Source: Octopus vulgaris (taxonomy: Eukaryota). Taken from it: DNA of 64,000 bases. The stretch is taken from the NCBI GenBank assembly GCA_951406725.2, contig OX597823.1, positions 38,998,001 to 39,062,000 of the forward strand, read 5' to 3'. The notes beneath the pieces were generated by a model. The model made no database searches. It had not been told where the DNA came from and was given only the letters and a program-made list of their open reading frames with translations. This document shows positions 1 to 14,614 of this stretch, piece by piece (positions within the stretch are counted from its first letter, which is position 1; each line of letters opens with the position of its first letter). The position numbers and the translations under genes were made by a program.

Positions 1-83
1 AGAATGTTGTTGACAGTGACTTAGCTGGCCATCTTTGGCTGAAACTTCTAAGTGACTGTCAACAACGTTCATGTATACGAACA

Positions 84-121
<38 letters not shown>

Positions 122-3100
122 GTACATATACATTTATATATACACACAAATATACATATATATAAACATATCAGAAAAGCCATTTCTATTTATTTTTTGA
201 AATATATAATACTGTACCAATGACTTTCTATTTCTTATTCTACTTTACATTTATGCACACACACATACTTCTCTCAAGTTTTGGTGCCACTAGAAAATGT
301 ATCCAATACCCTGTACAAATCCATCACAAGGTCCAGTCATTGTTGCTGTTTGGTGGCCTGTGTGTTTCAATGGACCTGAGTGCTATAAGACATTTATTTC
401 ATCTGATCTGCTGTTTTTGCCAATCTGCTGCCTTCTAAGTAGAGTATTCTATTAAGTGCAGAACAACTGTTGGAGACTTACTGAGTTCACTCTGGATACT
501 GCTAGAATCTTAGAAATAGCCAAATCACTCTCAAATCACACCAAACCATGTTTTGAACAAGAAAGGACAAATCAGACAATTTAAGTAAAAAAGAGAAAAG
601 TGTGGATTATCATGGCTGGAGCATCTCTAATTATATATCTGCTCTATGAACAATAACAAACCACAATGAGCCTTTATGTGGTCATTCAGCCTGGTGGAAA
701 TAGCAGCCAAATCTCTTTCAGGTTTCACCCTACGCTTTTAAATAAAGAATGATTTATCTATGGTATGCAAATAGATGATGTAGTCATATCTGGAACACCT
801 TTGGTCACAGGTCTGCTTATCCAGGTTAATCTGGGGCAATATAAACAAGAAGTATACAAAAATAGATTGGACAGTGAAATGAGTACATTAACAAATTGCC
901 AGTCTACTTTGTACAATTAACCACTGCATGTTGCTTTGTGCAGTATGGTCTTTACTTCTTATATAATTAACCATTACATGTCAGTGGGTGCAGATCTCAT
1001 AAATGATTTGTTGACAAGGAATATCATCATCAGTATCATTTTAACATCTATTTTTCCATGTTTGCATGGGTCAGACAGAATTATGTTAAAGCAGAGATTT
1101 TTATAAATAGATGTCCCTCTTGTTGCCAACCCCCATCTCTGTTTCAAAGTAAGGTAATAATCTCCTAGTCTGGCTTGGACATATTATCATAAAGAACTGG
1201 AAATAAATGCTACTGAAATCTGCTTCTTGTTTATAATGATCCTGCAACATCTCAAGACATGTCAAGAAACCTGCACATGCTTTCATAGTGAAAAGCAAGC
1301 AAATTACATCATTGTTTACAAAACGGTGAACACAACACACCCATGTAGACAAAAGAAATACTAAATCACTTATACAAACACATACAAAGTATGTATGTGT
1401 GTTTGTGTGAGAAGTTAGAGAAATAATTTAGTGAATTTTGGTAGAACAGACAGGAACATTATCAGTTTGGAATACTGCCAGTCTGAAATTAATAAACTTT
1501 ATATAAATGTAGGGAAGGGATGCTCTTGTCAAAATTCTTCATAGCTGCTGTTTGGGCTCTGGCTGGTCCTGAATGAAAAATCTTATCAAAAGCCTTCTAG
1601 CAATGACCATCCCATCTTTTTTATCAGATAACATCAATAATGTTTCTGTCTGCTTTTTCCATGCTAGCAAGAGACATCTTGAGGCAGTAGTCTAAAGCCA
1701 GATTCCTTTCCCAACACCAGACTTTCCTTGTTTCCAAGTACTTTATTCCATGTATTCACATGTTGAACCACCAAGCTGTCAGACTTGCTTTATATAGAAG
1801 ATATGAACATCACCACCACAAGCCCAGTGGTTGTAAGGATACACAAACACACATTTGTTCCCTCATTCAATGAATGTTTCTCCGTGATAGCATGGATTAT
1901 CTGGGAACTTGAGGCAGAATTTTACAACCAGATGCTATTCTTGTTGTCAACATTTTACCTAGTCGTAATGTCCACAAGGAATGTACAAATCCTATCTATA
2001 TTTTTCTCAGCTGGTGACAAGTGATACCACAGCAGAATATCAATATTTGGAACACACACACACTCTAAGATATTTTTAAAGCATCAGTAGTAATTCTTTT
2101 AGGCATATTTTTCAGATGGCTATCTGGGAGGAGAGAAAAACTTCCCTGAGTCATCTACGAAGATAACATTTTTGAAGAAATTACTTTCTGTAATCAATGT
2201 TTATTTTACTTTTGTATATCCAGAGTAAAATCTCTACAACAGTTTATAAATTTTTGCTCTACCTTCTAGATACTAGTCTTCTATTGCTTGTATATAACAG
2301 AATTCCTTGATGGGAAAGCTATTTGCCTATGACTTATTCTGAGAAGGACCTTTCTACAGAATCTCAGAAACTGGTGAGAAAGAGGGGTGGATGAAGAAAC
2401 TGAAGACCCAACTCAAATATCTGCATATGAATCTGTGAGACAAGATAACAGATTAAATCTACTAGCCACCTAAGAATAAGTATTGTCTGTCTCATAGACT
2501 GGTTTTGCAATTTACATCAACTCAGCTTCATTTCCAAGGTTTGGGCCAACTGGAAACTCTGATAGAAGACACTTTTTCCCTCCCCCTGTTGTGTCAAAGC
2601 AAACCCTGAATCACATAATTGTAAAACAGACATAGCTTTGACTCCTTCAATGGAAGATAGTTTCTTGAGCCATTCTTATTGTTGAACTCATACTGAATTT
2701 CTTCAAACTGCTGGCCCTATTCTATGTCTTATTAGATAGACAAATTTCATGCCTTCAGATTATTTCGAAGTCCTGTATATGTTGGAGGCAGTGGTGATGA
2801 AAAGGTTATAGTGAGACAGATGCAAGTGTCTTGCTGTAGAGGAAGTACAAGGTTACCCGGCCAGAGAGAGAAATATCAGGAATGAAGACAGAAACAGGTG
2901 TGTTACCGCAAAGAAAATACACAGTTGCCTGACCTGAGGGAAGTGCAGGAGAAAGAGAGAGAAAGTAGGAGACTACAGGATGGAGATGGAGGCAAAATGC
3001 TGGGCATACTCACAAAGAATGGAAATCAGACTATAAACGAGATGTTTAAGTAAAGGAAGAGAGAGATACAGATAGTGGCAAGCTTCCACATAGTTTCCAT

Positions 3101-3668
3101 CTGCTAAATTCGCTTGAAGGAAACTAGTCAGCTTGCAGCTATAGAAAACACTTCCCCAAAGTGTTGCACAGTGGGACTGAACCCAAAACCACATGGTTGC
3201 AAAGCAAGCTTCTTAACCACACATCAGTTCCTGAACCTAATTATGTTAAGAAATTTCGAATAAAAAAACAATTAAGCTTCATGAAAGAGAAATGAAAAAG
3301 TTTCAAAAATTCTGAAAATTAGAGATAAAATACAGGAATCATAAAAAACTCATATTTCTATATGAATAGTTGCATCTCCTTTTTAGTCAAGAATTATGCT
3401 TGCATTCTACATTCTTTTGGTCATGTAGTTGTATATTTGTTATGAGCAAGTCAGAAAAGGAAGTTCAGTACTCATAACCTTTGTAGGCCGTTCTAGATTG
3501 AAAATCTGTAGGGCAATGTATGTAGAAGGAACATGAGTGGGAGAGAGTGCCAAAGGTTAATAGTGGTTCTATGAGAATGGTATTCGTTCTGGAAGAAGGG
3601 CCTTAAATAATAGTAATAGTTCTAGAAGGATCTTAAGTAAGTCAAAATACAAATAGAAGAGAGACATA

Positions 3669-4056
3669 CTCTTTTACTTGTTTCAGTTATTTGATTGTGG
3701 CCATGCAGGAGCACTACCTTTAGTCAAGCAAATCGACCCCAGGACTTATTCTTTGTAAGCCTAGTACTTATTCTATCAGTCTCTTTTGCCAAACTGCTAA
3801 TTTATGTGATGTCAACACACCAGCATCGGTTGTCAAGCGATGTTGGAGGGAAAAAACACAGACACACAAACATATATATATATACATATATACGACAGGC
3901 TTCTTTCAGCTTCCGTCTACCAAATCCACTCACAAGGGTTTGGTTGGCCCAAGGCTATAGTAGAAGACACTTGCCCAAGGTGCCAGGCAGTGGGACTGAA
4001 TCCAGAACCATGTGGTTGGTAAGCAAGCTACTTACCACACAGCCACTCCTACGCCT
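3669..4056 (-). mobile_element. Near full-length tRNA-derived SINE (octopus type)
   Basis: Minus strand: A-box-like TGGCTGTGTGGT, B-box-like GATTCAGTCCC, then CACCTTGGGCAAGTG core, internal TA/TG tract and ...GAAACAAGTAAAAGAG tail; many copies in the window. Confidence 0.85.
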
Positions 4057-4330
4057 ATGATACATATTGATAAACATTTAAGTTCAAACTTAGAATTTTA
4101 GTGGAAAGTATAGTTATCAACATTTTGCTAGGGGATCTTTATATCAGAATATTTAAGGTAAAATATATTGCATGTTCATAGCGAGAATTAAAGAACTGAA
4201 GATATTAAGGTTGGAAAATCAGATGACTTGAAGGTAATCAATGCTAAAAAAGTTGTATTTTCTCAAAAGTGATCAAATACTGAAAATGTGTAGGTCAATG
4301 CCTGTAAGGAACATGTAATTTCTATAAAGT

Positions 4331-4610
4331 ATTGGGTTGGTGCATAATTATTGTGGCTTTTTTTCAACAAATTTTATTCAACAAAAACATCTGTAAATGA
4401 TTATTCCGAGGCATATTCACCATCTACTTCAATTACTGCTTCCCATTTGCTTGACAGACAGTCAGACCGTCATTTAAAGATCATCATCCTCATCTTCATT
4501 GTTTAACGTCCGTTTTCCGTGCTAGCACAGGTTAAAGATGTTTTTGTTAAATATTGTTATTGATTTTGTTAAATAAAATTTGTTGAAAAAAAGCTGCACC
4601 AAGCCAATAA
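4331..4610. mobile_element. Mariner-type non-autonomous relic with a nested retroelement tail
   Basis: TATTGGGTTGGTGCATAA...TTTTTTCAACAAATTTTATT is inverted against AATAAAATTTGTTGAAAAAAAGCTGCACCAAGCCAATA. Confidence 0.55.
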
Positions 4611-4749
4611 TAGCCAGTATAAATAGTATAAACATTGCCAGATCAGACTGGTGCCTGGTGCAGCCTACTGACTTTACAGACCCCGAGTCAAACCGTCCAA
4701 CCCATGCCAGCATGGAAAACGGACATTAAACAATGATGATGATGATGAT

Positions 4750-5240
4750 GATGATATTGCCAGAGATTCCAGCTCTTTATTTCCTTCACCAGGCTCAGGG
4801 TCCCGAGATCAGCTTTCACTACTTCATCCCATGTCTTCTTGGGTCTCCCTTTTCTGCAAGTTCTAGCCACATTAAGCAATCTGCACTTTTTTATAGAACT
4901 GTCCTCATCCACAAACATCACATGTCCATACTAACAGATTCTTCTTTCTTGCACACATTTGATTCCTCTTATGCCCTGTTTTTCACTCAGAACCATGTTT
5001 TATGTACCTTGTCTTTTATGCAAAATCACATTGCACATCTAAAGGAACATGTTCATTTCTCCAATCCTCTACATTCAAGGTTCCTGTTTCAGTGCCAAGC
5101 AGCATTGCAATTCTTACACAAGCATCATACAATCTACCCTTCACTCTAAGGGAAATTATCTTTATTGTCAGGAATGGTAATATCTCCCCTACATTATCTC
5201 CAGCCAGTTCTCACTCTAGCTAGTATATTTTCAAAGCAAC
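4750..5240 (-). mobile_element. RTE-clade LINE 3' fragment
   Basis: CRKGRPKKTWDEVVKADL, a typical C-terminus of RTE ORFs. Confidence 0.75.
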
Positions 5241-6218
5241 CATCTCCTAGGTAACGTATATGTGTGTGAAATGACACTAGTTTGTATCATTTGTTCCCTA
5301 CATGTTTCACTGTTGTGGTTGCTTGTTTGGCAATAATAGACTTGTAAAAAATTTTAACTCAATAAGTCTTCAGTAAAATATTATCTTTATTACAATTAGA
5401 ATCTAGAGGAAACTTGTTCTTTAGTAATATTTTTTTCTCTAATCCACAAACAACTTTCAGCTGCATATAAATCACAACTTGTGGATTATGAGATTTATAA
5501 CATCTGGATACTGTCCTTGGCCAAAATATTGATTTCTATCTTTAGTACAATGCCTCCAGCTATGTAGGAGAATGTAGTCAATTCTAATGACCCCAGTTTT
5601 TTCTTGAACTTCTATTTTATCTATCACAGAAACAAGGAAAATTAAGTCCTCTCTAGTGCGATTTGAACACACAAATGCAATTAAACACCACAAAGCATTT
5701 TGTCCATTACTATACCAATTCTGCCAAAATTAACCATTTTATCTCCCTAAAACCCAATAAATGATTTGAACATAGAAGTGTAAGCTGTAAGTTTGGCTCC
5801 TACAAATACTAAATCAGATGGACTATTAATATCTGTTGTATGTAAGTTTTAATCTTTGAAATGTTTACTATATTATGGAAATTAACATCTACTAGCTTAC
5901 TATAATATAGTTTCTCTCCAGATGGTGAGAGAAAAGGTGTACTCATAAACATCAAGCCATCATTTCTTGATAGATATGGAGTATGTACAAGTTGCAACAT
6001 GTGAAGAGATGTTGTATTGGTCACTTGTTCAATCCACAAAAGAATGGGAAGACTGGTAGGAAAAGCAATATCCAGTCACATACAAATACAGAAATAAGTA
6101 AGTAACCTCTTACATAGAATATATAGAAACAACCTGTATGACATACATTTTAAAAACTTGCTCAAAACATGCTAACAAAGTAGGAAATGAAAGCAAAATA
6201 TAATGGGTTTTATACATA

Positions 6219-8310
6219 CAGGCATACCTCGACTTAAGTCGTTTCAATTTAAGTTGTTCTCAATTATACCTCAGTTTTCAAAAATAATATATGGAAAAAT
6301 AAAAATCAAGTCATTTTACTCGACTTTATGTCTGTCCACCACAAATATTGGAATTGTAAAATCACTAGAAAGCCGTTAAAAGCACATAAAAATCATATTA
6401 CTGTACAATAAATAAGAATAAAAGCATGTAAAGTCATATCAAAATATGTATAGTAAATGTTCAGATGCATACCATAACGTAATGTAGCTTAGTGAATGAA
6501 ATCATGAAATCAACTGTGTTGTCATATTTATCAGTCTTTCAGAGCTCATATTACACTGTAGTTCCAATATCTACAGTTAGGCATCATTGTCACTTGTGAT
6601 TCCCATGATTGTTTCGAATTCAGATTTGTTTACATCTGTTTATCGGCTACTTTCTCGTTCTCATTCTTTTGTGACTTTATTTTTGGCCCCCTTGGCTCCT
6701 AAGAAAATTCATAGTTAAAGTGCTAAGCATCATGCTATAATGCTGGGAGATAAAACACCATGACAGAGGTGAAAAAAATGATAGCAATTACAAAATCTTT
6801 TGGGATGAGTCGGACAACTGTATTGACAATTGTACATAACAAGAACAAGATTTTAGCACATATCAAATCTGAAGTCTCAGGGACGAAGAACACTGTCATC
6901 AATAAGAAAAGAGTCAAAATCTTAGAAGAAACGGAAAGTCTTCTTTCTCTTCGGATTGTTAGGTTGAATTGTTAGCATGCTTACTATTAGTCAAAAAAAT
7001 CTTTCAAAAGAAAGCATTGTCTCTGAGGAGCTGAAGAAAAAATATCCAGATGAGAAAGATGTAGAGTTCAAGGCAAGTCAAGGATGGTTCATGAGATTTA
7101 AGGAGCAAAGAAGTTATCATTCCATTAAGAAACAAGGTGAAATTGCATCAGTTGACGAACAAGCAGCAGCAAAATTTCCTAATGCATTAAAGAAAATCAT
7201 TGAAGAAAACGGGTTTCTTCTCGCAAAGATTTTTAATGGAAACAAAACTGGATTGTATTGTAAAAAATTGCCAGACCATTCATTGATTTCCAAGGAGAAG
7301 AAAACTATTCCAGGCTACAAGGTCTCAAAGGAACATCCCCATTATGTTGGGAGGTAATTGTGAAGGAGATTTTAAGTTAAAACCATTGCTTGTGTATCAT
7401 GCACACAATCCCCGTGCCTTGAAGAACACAGCCAAGGCATCTCTCCCTGTTATATAGATGGCTAATTCAAAAGCATGGGTTACTGGTATTGTTTTCAAAG
7501 ATTGGTTCTTCAATTATTTTATCTCAGCAGCAATTACTTATCTTAGATAATGCTCCTGGCCACCCACAAAACATTGTGAATTTTGACCCCAACATTACTG
7601 TCATAAACCTCCCTCCAAACACCATGTCTCTTCTGCAGCCAATGGACCAGGGAATAATTGCTATCTTCAAGCATTACTATATGAAATGTATGCTGCAGCA
7701 AGCAACAGCTGCAACTGATCTTAATGAGTCCATCACACTTTGTGACTTTTGGAACAGATATGATATCTACAAGGCTGTACAGAACATAGCAGCAGCATGG
7801 AACGATATACAGAGCATGGCTAAGAATGGTGTATGGAAGAAGCTATATCCACAATTTGTGAATGATTTTAATGGGTTTGATGATGTTGCCATCAACAAAA
7901 TGTTGGTGACTATAAGCAAAGAACTGGAAATGGATTTGGAGGAGGAGGATTTCAGATTTATTTGTAAAAGACAAGCAGCCCCTGATGAACGAGGATTTGA
8001 TAGAGCTTCATGAGCAGCAAAATAAAGAAGAGGAAGTTGAACCTGAGCCATGTCACTTTACCATTAAGATAATGCAGCAAGCATTTGCATATATCGAAAA
8101 AGATCTTTCTATTGTTCGAGTATATGGATCCAAATGCTCGACACTTTGCCAAGATTGTCATGAAGCTTTTGCTCCTTATAATGTAATCCTTGAGTTAAAA
8201 GAAGACAGTTCAAGGAACTCTCGGTTGGTTTTTTAAATGCATTGAACAACAAGAACAGCCAGAATCAGCTGTTAATGTTGACAATCCACAGCCATCTACA
8301 TCCGTGATGT
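6219..8310 (+). mobile_element. Tigger/pogo DNA transposon, degenerate, right TIR not found
   Basis: TA followed by CAGGCATACCTCG (Tigger1-type TIR) at 6217-6231, then a transposase remnant. Confidence 0.9.
6692..8236 (+). pseudogene. Tigger/CENP-B-like transposase pseudogene (HTH plus DDE_1)
   Basis: Frameshifted ORFs with FKASQGWFMRFK, IFNGNKTGLY, LLILDNAPGHP and LPPNTMSLLQPMDQGIIAIFK motifs. Confidence 0.92.
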
Positions 8311-8859
8311 AAAGCACCAAATTGTATGCAAATAGCTGCGGAAGTTAAACTTTTATCTTTTAGTGTTCTAGACCAAAACCTGTGACCATGCTGGGGCAGC
8401 ACTGTTATTTTATTTTTTTAATTTTTTGTTATTAGGTTTAAATGCTTATTGGTATTATGTAAACAAACAGATACATACATCAGCAGAAGGGCAAAGATAT
8501 GATAGTTACTTAGACAGAGAGACAGGCAGGTAGACAAATAGGCAAGTGTACTAGAAGTTAACCAAATAGACATATTGATATGCAACAGATAGATCACTGA
8601 AGCAAAGTGAAAAGATATGAAGATAATCTCAGGTGATAAATAACTGACTGAACCTTGTTGGTGGTTGGACAGTGAACAGTGTAGTTTGTTTACATATTTT
8701 TATTATATTTTAAAATTTCCTCCCTTAACATATGCACTTTAATGCAATTAATTATCATTTGCTCTGTCGAAACATTTATTTATATAATATGGACAATGAC
8801 AGATGACATTAGCTGCAAAGAGAAAGAACAAAAAGGATTATTTTTCAAAAAATTGGCAT

Positions 8860-9240
8860 GTACTACATTAAGACGTTTCAGCCTCCACACTAATTGCATT
8901 GAAGCCACTTCAATAACAGGTGCACAAAAAGGAATGCACTTCTTAATACTTCCCATGAAGCTAGCTCTAAATGACTCCAACCTTCATTTCATTTTGGAAC
9001 AAGTTCAGTTCCCTATAAGGCTGTCCTACTCTCCGACAGTAAATAAGGCATGGGGACAGACATTTCACAAAATTGGAATATGTTTGTCATATCCTGTGTT
9101 CAATCATAGGCAATTATATATGGCATTTTCTAGGGCCAGGAATTTATCTAATGTAGCAGTAAGAGTAGTTGAGACCAACAGACAAGCAAGCAAACAAGGT
9201 TAAACTTTTACAATAAACATTGTGTATAAAGAAGTGCTGA
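8860..9240 (+). pseudogene. Helitron-type PIF1 helicase C-terminal fragment
   Basis: QFPIRLSYSPTVNKAWGQT...VFNHRQLYMAFSRAR (PIF1 motifs V/VI) and the terminal NIVYKEVL* at about 9217-9240. Confidence 0.85.
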
Positions 9241-9590
9241 GAGAGTAAGTTGAGAATATGTATGCCATTCATATTACATTCAGTTCATACAGTTTGTAAA
9301 GCATTTTCAGTAATCACATACAATGCCTATTTCATACACATTTAAATTAGTTCATATTTTGTATTTCTATTTATACCACATATGTATGTCACATACAATT
9401 TGTATAGTCCCATTTGTAATGTAGAATGCTTGTATCTAATCCAGTGAGTAAGCTCTGTACATATAATTATATGAAATGTAGTTTGTATGTAATTATTTAC
9501 TTTGTGAATGCATAATGAAAATTGTAAACAATAAACATGTAATCAATGTATATGAATAAATTTTATCTTTTTAATTCATTTTTAATTTCC

Positions 9591-9815
9591 TTAACCCTTA
9601 AGCATTCAGATTATTTTGCCAAATGTAATGCTTTTTCATTCAAATTGTTTTTAATTAATTATGCATTATTTCATAGCTTTGAAATTTTGATGATGTGATG
9701 TGATTTTATAATGGCATTGAAGGGTAGGTGTGACAGGCTGGATCTGACTGGTTAGAACATAAAATAGGTAGCATATTCGGGCCAGGTATGACCAGTTTAA
9801 ATGCTAAATGGTTAC
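9591..9815. mobile_element. piggyBac-type MITE, family A (opposite orientation to 47408)
   Basis: TTAACCCTTAAGCATT...AATGCTAAATGGTTA; the interior is the reverse complement of 47408-47635. Confidence 0.8.
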
Positions 9816-12404
9816 ACTATAAAGCACATCATATCTGTATTACAAAGGAGGTAAGTAAGCAAAACCTTCAAAATTCATTTCACTTATATTAAAAAATACT
9901 GTTTTGATTAAATGGTAGGATATCAAAAGAATGTTTTGAAACTTCTTGTTCAATATACTAGTATGTTTTCAAAGGTGCTGACATATACTGCAGAACTTCC
10001 ATGGATCCTGTTAGTGTATATATATAAATGTTACTGTTTATGTTCCATTAAACACATGTAGATATACCAAATTTAAAGGTAAATTTTATAAAATTTCTCA
10101 AATGAAATCAATGAAATCATTTGTGTAAAGCCAACCACAAACTGGACGTTTAACACTGGACTTACATCTCACTTTGTAACACTGACATTACTATCATTTT
10201 CTTTTATAATAATATAAATTTGAAATGCCATTATGAGAGATTTACAAGTTAGTAACAAAGTAAATCTAAACAGCTAATAACTATTGAAAAGAATCTATGC
10301 TATTTTAAAGGCTTGAATTTTTCAATTCTCAAGCAAACAACACAACAGGAAAAGTAAACAACAATGTTTCAGAGTCCAGCTAGATTTTAACGCATTGTGA
10401 GTAATATATTTTATTACTGAAACTATTTCTGACATGTTTCATAAATCATATGGTTTCATCTCTCTCTATACTAAATGATATGATTCTTTATCAATTAGCT
10501 GGGACACAAAAAAATATTTGCTCCTATTTCACTGATAGTCTAGAGATTTACTGAAATTGTCACTTTAGTAAGAATAGAATGCTGCTATGGCCTGGCGCCC
10601 TGATAATCCTGCTACCCTGCACAACTGACACACATTCAGGTGTAGGAGACTAAAATACAGGCATAACAAAGACTGCACACCAAACTAGGCAGCTTTACTC
10701 ACAAGAAAGTAAGCAGGACAGTTATGGACTGGCATAAGCTGGTTATCTGCTGCAGGGTAGACCTGCATAGCTATGGCTTTGACCCTCTGGCATAAGGCTT
10801 CACTTGGTAGCTGAGATCAATTAAGAGAGAAACAAACTAAGATGATTTCAAGAGCAACAACTTGGTAGTTTCGTGTAAAGGTAGATTACTGTTTGCTCTA
10901 CCCTGGTTACATTTCACTGGAAATTCGATACCAGTGCTTCAGCATGGCCATAGCCAAGTGACTGAAACAAGGAAAAGAGAATATTTAAAAAAAAATATAT
11001 ATATTTTTAATATATATAAATTTGACTTAACTTACAAATGAGAATACTAAAAATGAACGCTAATACTCTCAAAAATTAAATAAAAGAACAAGAAAAATAA
11101 TCCAGAATCCTTGTCCAGTACTGGATGGATCCCAAAATCTAATCAATCCATGCCAGGCATGAGGCCAAACATTCCTGAAAGTTTCAACTGAATCCACCCA
11201 GCGGTTCTTGAGATATCTTGTCCACAGACAGACAGACAAACATAACTGAAACAATACCCCCACTTTCACTAAGGCAGAGGTAATAAAACAAACTTCTCAT
11301 TTGTATATCTCCTCTCATAACTATTCTTCTTTATATGCTCTCCTCCTCCTGCCACTAAGTCTAGTATGTGCACTCATCCCGTCTATCTCTTTATCTTTAT
11401 TTCACTCTCTCTCTATATATGATGTAACGTGTGACTAGAGATATCAACCAACCAAACAACATTCATATTGGCTAATACTATATACAGATATGAAATATTT
11501 CAATCAACAACTGTCCCTCTACTTTCAAATCCTTCACAACTATACCCTACTCATTTGAGCGGGGTTTCGCCTTGTCAGTACTTGGTGACCTTGCAAATGA
11601 TGGTACAATGAAAGAAGCACCCAGCACACTGTGAAGTGGTTGGTATTAAGGGCATCCAGCCATAGAAACTAAGCCAAACTAGGCTATGGAACTTGGTGTA
11701 GCCCCTAGTATTGCCAGTTCCTATCAAGTCGTCCAACCCATGCCAGCTCAGAAAACAGACATTAAATGATGATGATGATCCAGCTGTAGAAACTATGCCT
11801 GACTGTGCTCATCACAGCCCTCTAACTTATCAGCTCCTGCCAAGCTGGCCAACCAAGGCAAGCATGGAGAAAGTGATGTAGGAACAATACTTCAAAGTTG
11901 TTTTGTAAATATGTCACATCCTTGATCATATAAGAGACTGTAATATACAAGCAGCAACAAATGCCTTTAACTTCATGATCATATAGGTGTCAATGTATTT
12001 AGGGGAGAAAGTAATAATGACTGCAGGTGCAATCCCAAGCATGAATACTGATGTTTCACCCGCATCCAGTGCATTTCAGCCATAAAGAGCCACTGATATA
12101 TTTACAAGATTCTGGGATAATAGTCATCAAGGCACCACAACATATCAGCTGCAACTTATTTTCAGCGAAGTAGACAAGAACACAAGAACAATGTGAAAAT
12201 GAAGTGCCTTGCCCAAGACCACAACATTTCATCTAGTCTGAGAATCAAACCAACAATCTCAGTCCTAAAATCCAATGGACTAACAAGGTCAAGCGCTTTC
12301 TCTATATATTGTCTACTTTTCTGATTAACCTTATTTAGTTGATAGGTGGCTACTATTGCTGATTTTTAGCATTGTACCCTTGAGCAAGTGTTTTTATTCA
12401 TCTT

Positions 12405-12859
12405 AGCTGTTGCCAGACATAGGATCTTCCAGCAGCCATTCTCTTGACCCAGGGCAGCACTACCTCCTCCAGACACTTGATGTAGAACTCCGTGTTGAGT
12501 CTGAGGTCATGTAGGAAGATGAATGGAGGCATAACATCACCATCATTAGTGGTCACTCCAAATACCATGATGTTGACTGGATTTTTGATTTTTATCACTC
12601 TCGGTACATGTTTTGGGGACATGGCAAGCCAATGGTTGTTCTGTGTGTTTACTATCTGTTTGTACTGGAGCTTCAGGTGCAAATGGCAAGCACTACAGCA
12701 TGTCATTTCCAAATTTCTGGCACAGTGAATTGCGTCATAGTGCTGTTTTTCTCATGCCCAACTGACCCTACAATACTGTGTAGTTGACAAAATCAAAAAC
12801 AAACAATGCGCATGCGTGAAATTAAAAATATAAAATGGCAACAATTTACCCACCACACC

Positions 12860-12862
<3 letters not shown>
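12405..12862 (-). mobile_element. Internally deleted Tc1/mariner (DD37D/maT-like) element
   Basis: KNPVNIMVFGV..DGDVMPPFIF...YIKCLEEVVLPWVKR...YVWQQ transposase core; TIR-like CACGGTGTGGTGGGTAAATTG ends at 12862 next to a (TG)n(TA)n tract. Confidence 0.8.
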
Positions 12863-12925
<63 letters not shown>

Positions 12926-14402
12926 AGGCTTCCTCACAGTTTCTATCTACCAAATATACTCACAAGGCATTGGTTGGCCTGGGGCTATAATAGATGACAC
13001 TTACACAAGGTGCCACACAATTATATGGTTACAAAGTGAGCTTTTTAATCACACAGTCATGCCTATTTACAGATTGAAGTTTGACAATATATCCAAATAT
13101 TTGTCCCAATGATATTGGCAGAAGTTTCATATACATTACAATAAATGGATATATTTTTATGAGTATCTCCATTACCATCATCTAACGTTCACTTTTCCAT
13201 GTTTGCATGGGTTAGACAGAATTTGTTCACCTATTTTCAAGCAAGGTAATATTTCCCATATCTAGACATGCTTTCCATGGAAGATTGGAAATGAACATCA
13301 CAGTGATGCTCATTTACAGCATCCAAAGGATGTCAAAACAAGGGCACTCACAAATACACACACACACATATATATACAGGCTTCTTTCAGTTTACTCTCT
13401 AGCAAAACAACTCACGAGGTTTTGGTCTGCCTGAAGGCTATACTAAAAAACATGTTTAAATTGCTGTGCAGTGGAATTGAACCCAAGATTTCAGGGTTAG
13501 GAAATAAGCTTCTTAACCACATAGTTACACCTGTTCCTTCTATCATCAGATTTAATATTCATTTTCCATATCATCTTTTTATAAAAGGAAATATTTATTT
13601 TTCATTTCAACTGACCGGTTTCATTTAATTATTTTTATGCCACCTGCCACTTGACAGTAACTCTATCCAAACTTTGAATTGAAGAAGCTAAATGTCTGAA
13701 AATGCCATACATAGTAAAATATCTTTCTGTTCCAAACAGAAAATCATATTTACAAAATCACAGCAAATCCTCCAGTACTTTGAAGAAGTAAAGGGACATA
13801 TTAAGAGCCCTACTAAGAATTCTCTTTCATGTTTATATCTCTAAATAATTGTTTTATAGTATTTAATATTCTTATATTCAAGACACCTTGATTGGGATTA
13901 GAATGGCAAATAGAAATCCGATTTTGAAAAATCCCAACCTCTTAATAGCCATTAATCCAGCATAGCTTATCAATTTCTATGAGTCAATGGTTTTTCAGTC
14001 AGGGTGTCATGACACCTTACTGTAGGCAGTAGTTAGGGGTAAAGAGAGGTTTTGAATTTAAATACCATAAAAACCCATATAATTTATGCACTTTTTTTTC
14101 GTTAAAACAAAAATAAACTTTAGTTGGTGCATAAATTACATGAGTAGATCATTTCCAGAATTGTTTTAGAAATTTTTTTTGTTGAAAAATTATGTACAAA
14201 TGTAAACATTCATACCGGAAGTTGACTAATTTGATGTCAGAATATATTTTTACAGAAAAAATATAATGAAGTTGACTTTTATTTATGCTGGACAGTATAA
14301 TGCCTACTTTTTCTGCATAAATTTACTAAAACCATCAAATGGTTAAGTACTTTTTGAAGTTTCATGTTCATACTGGTAATCACGGTCCAGGCCATGTGTG
14401 TG

Positions 14403-14464
<62 letters not shown>

Positions 14465-14614
14465 TATATATACATTCAATAGGAGGTTAAATTAGCCTCA
14501 TTAAGGGATGGTATCATCCAGTGAATTACTAGTTCAATACCTGGTATTTGTTGTGAATAATGATATTCATAAAGCAATAGGTTTATATATAAACTATAGT
14601 TTACAATCATTCAA

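Noticed and set aside
269-375. Minus-strand segment bounded by AG and GTATGT
   Set aside because: Stops in all three frames and no recognisable protein; it could only be a UTR exon and is unsupported.
3990-4056. tRNA-like A/B boxes
   Set aside because: SINE head; it does not form a complete cloverleaf and is repeated with the SINE body.
9950-10020. Possible Helitron 3' terminus (CTAG/TTAG with hairpin)
   Set aside because: No convincing GC-rich hairpin; the end cannot be placed.
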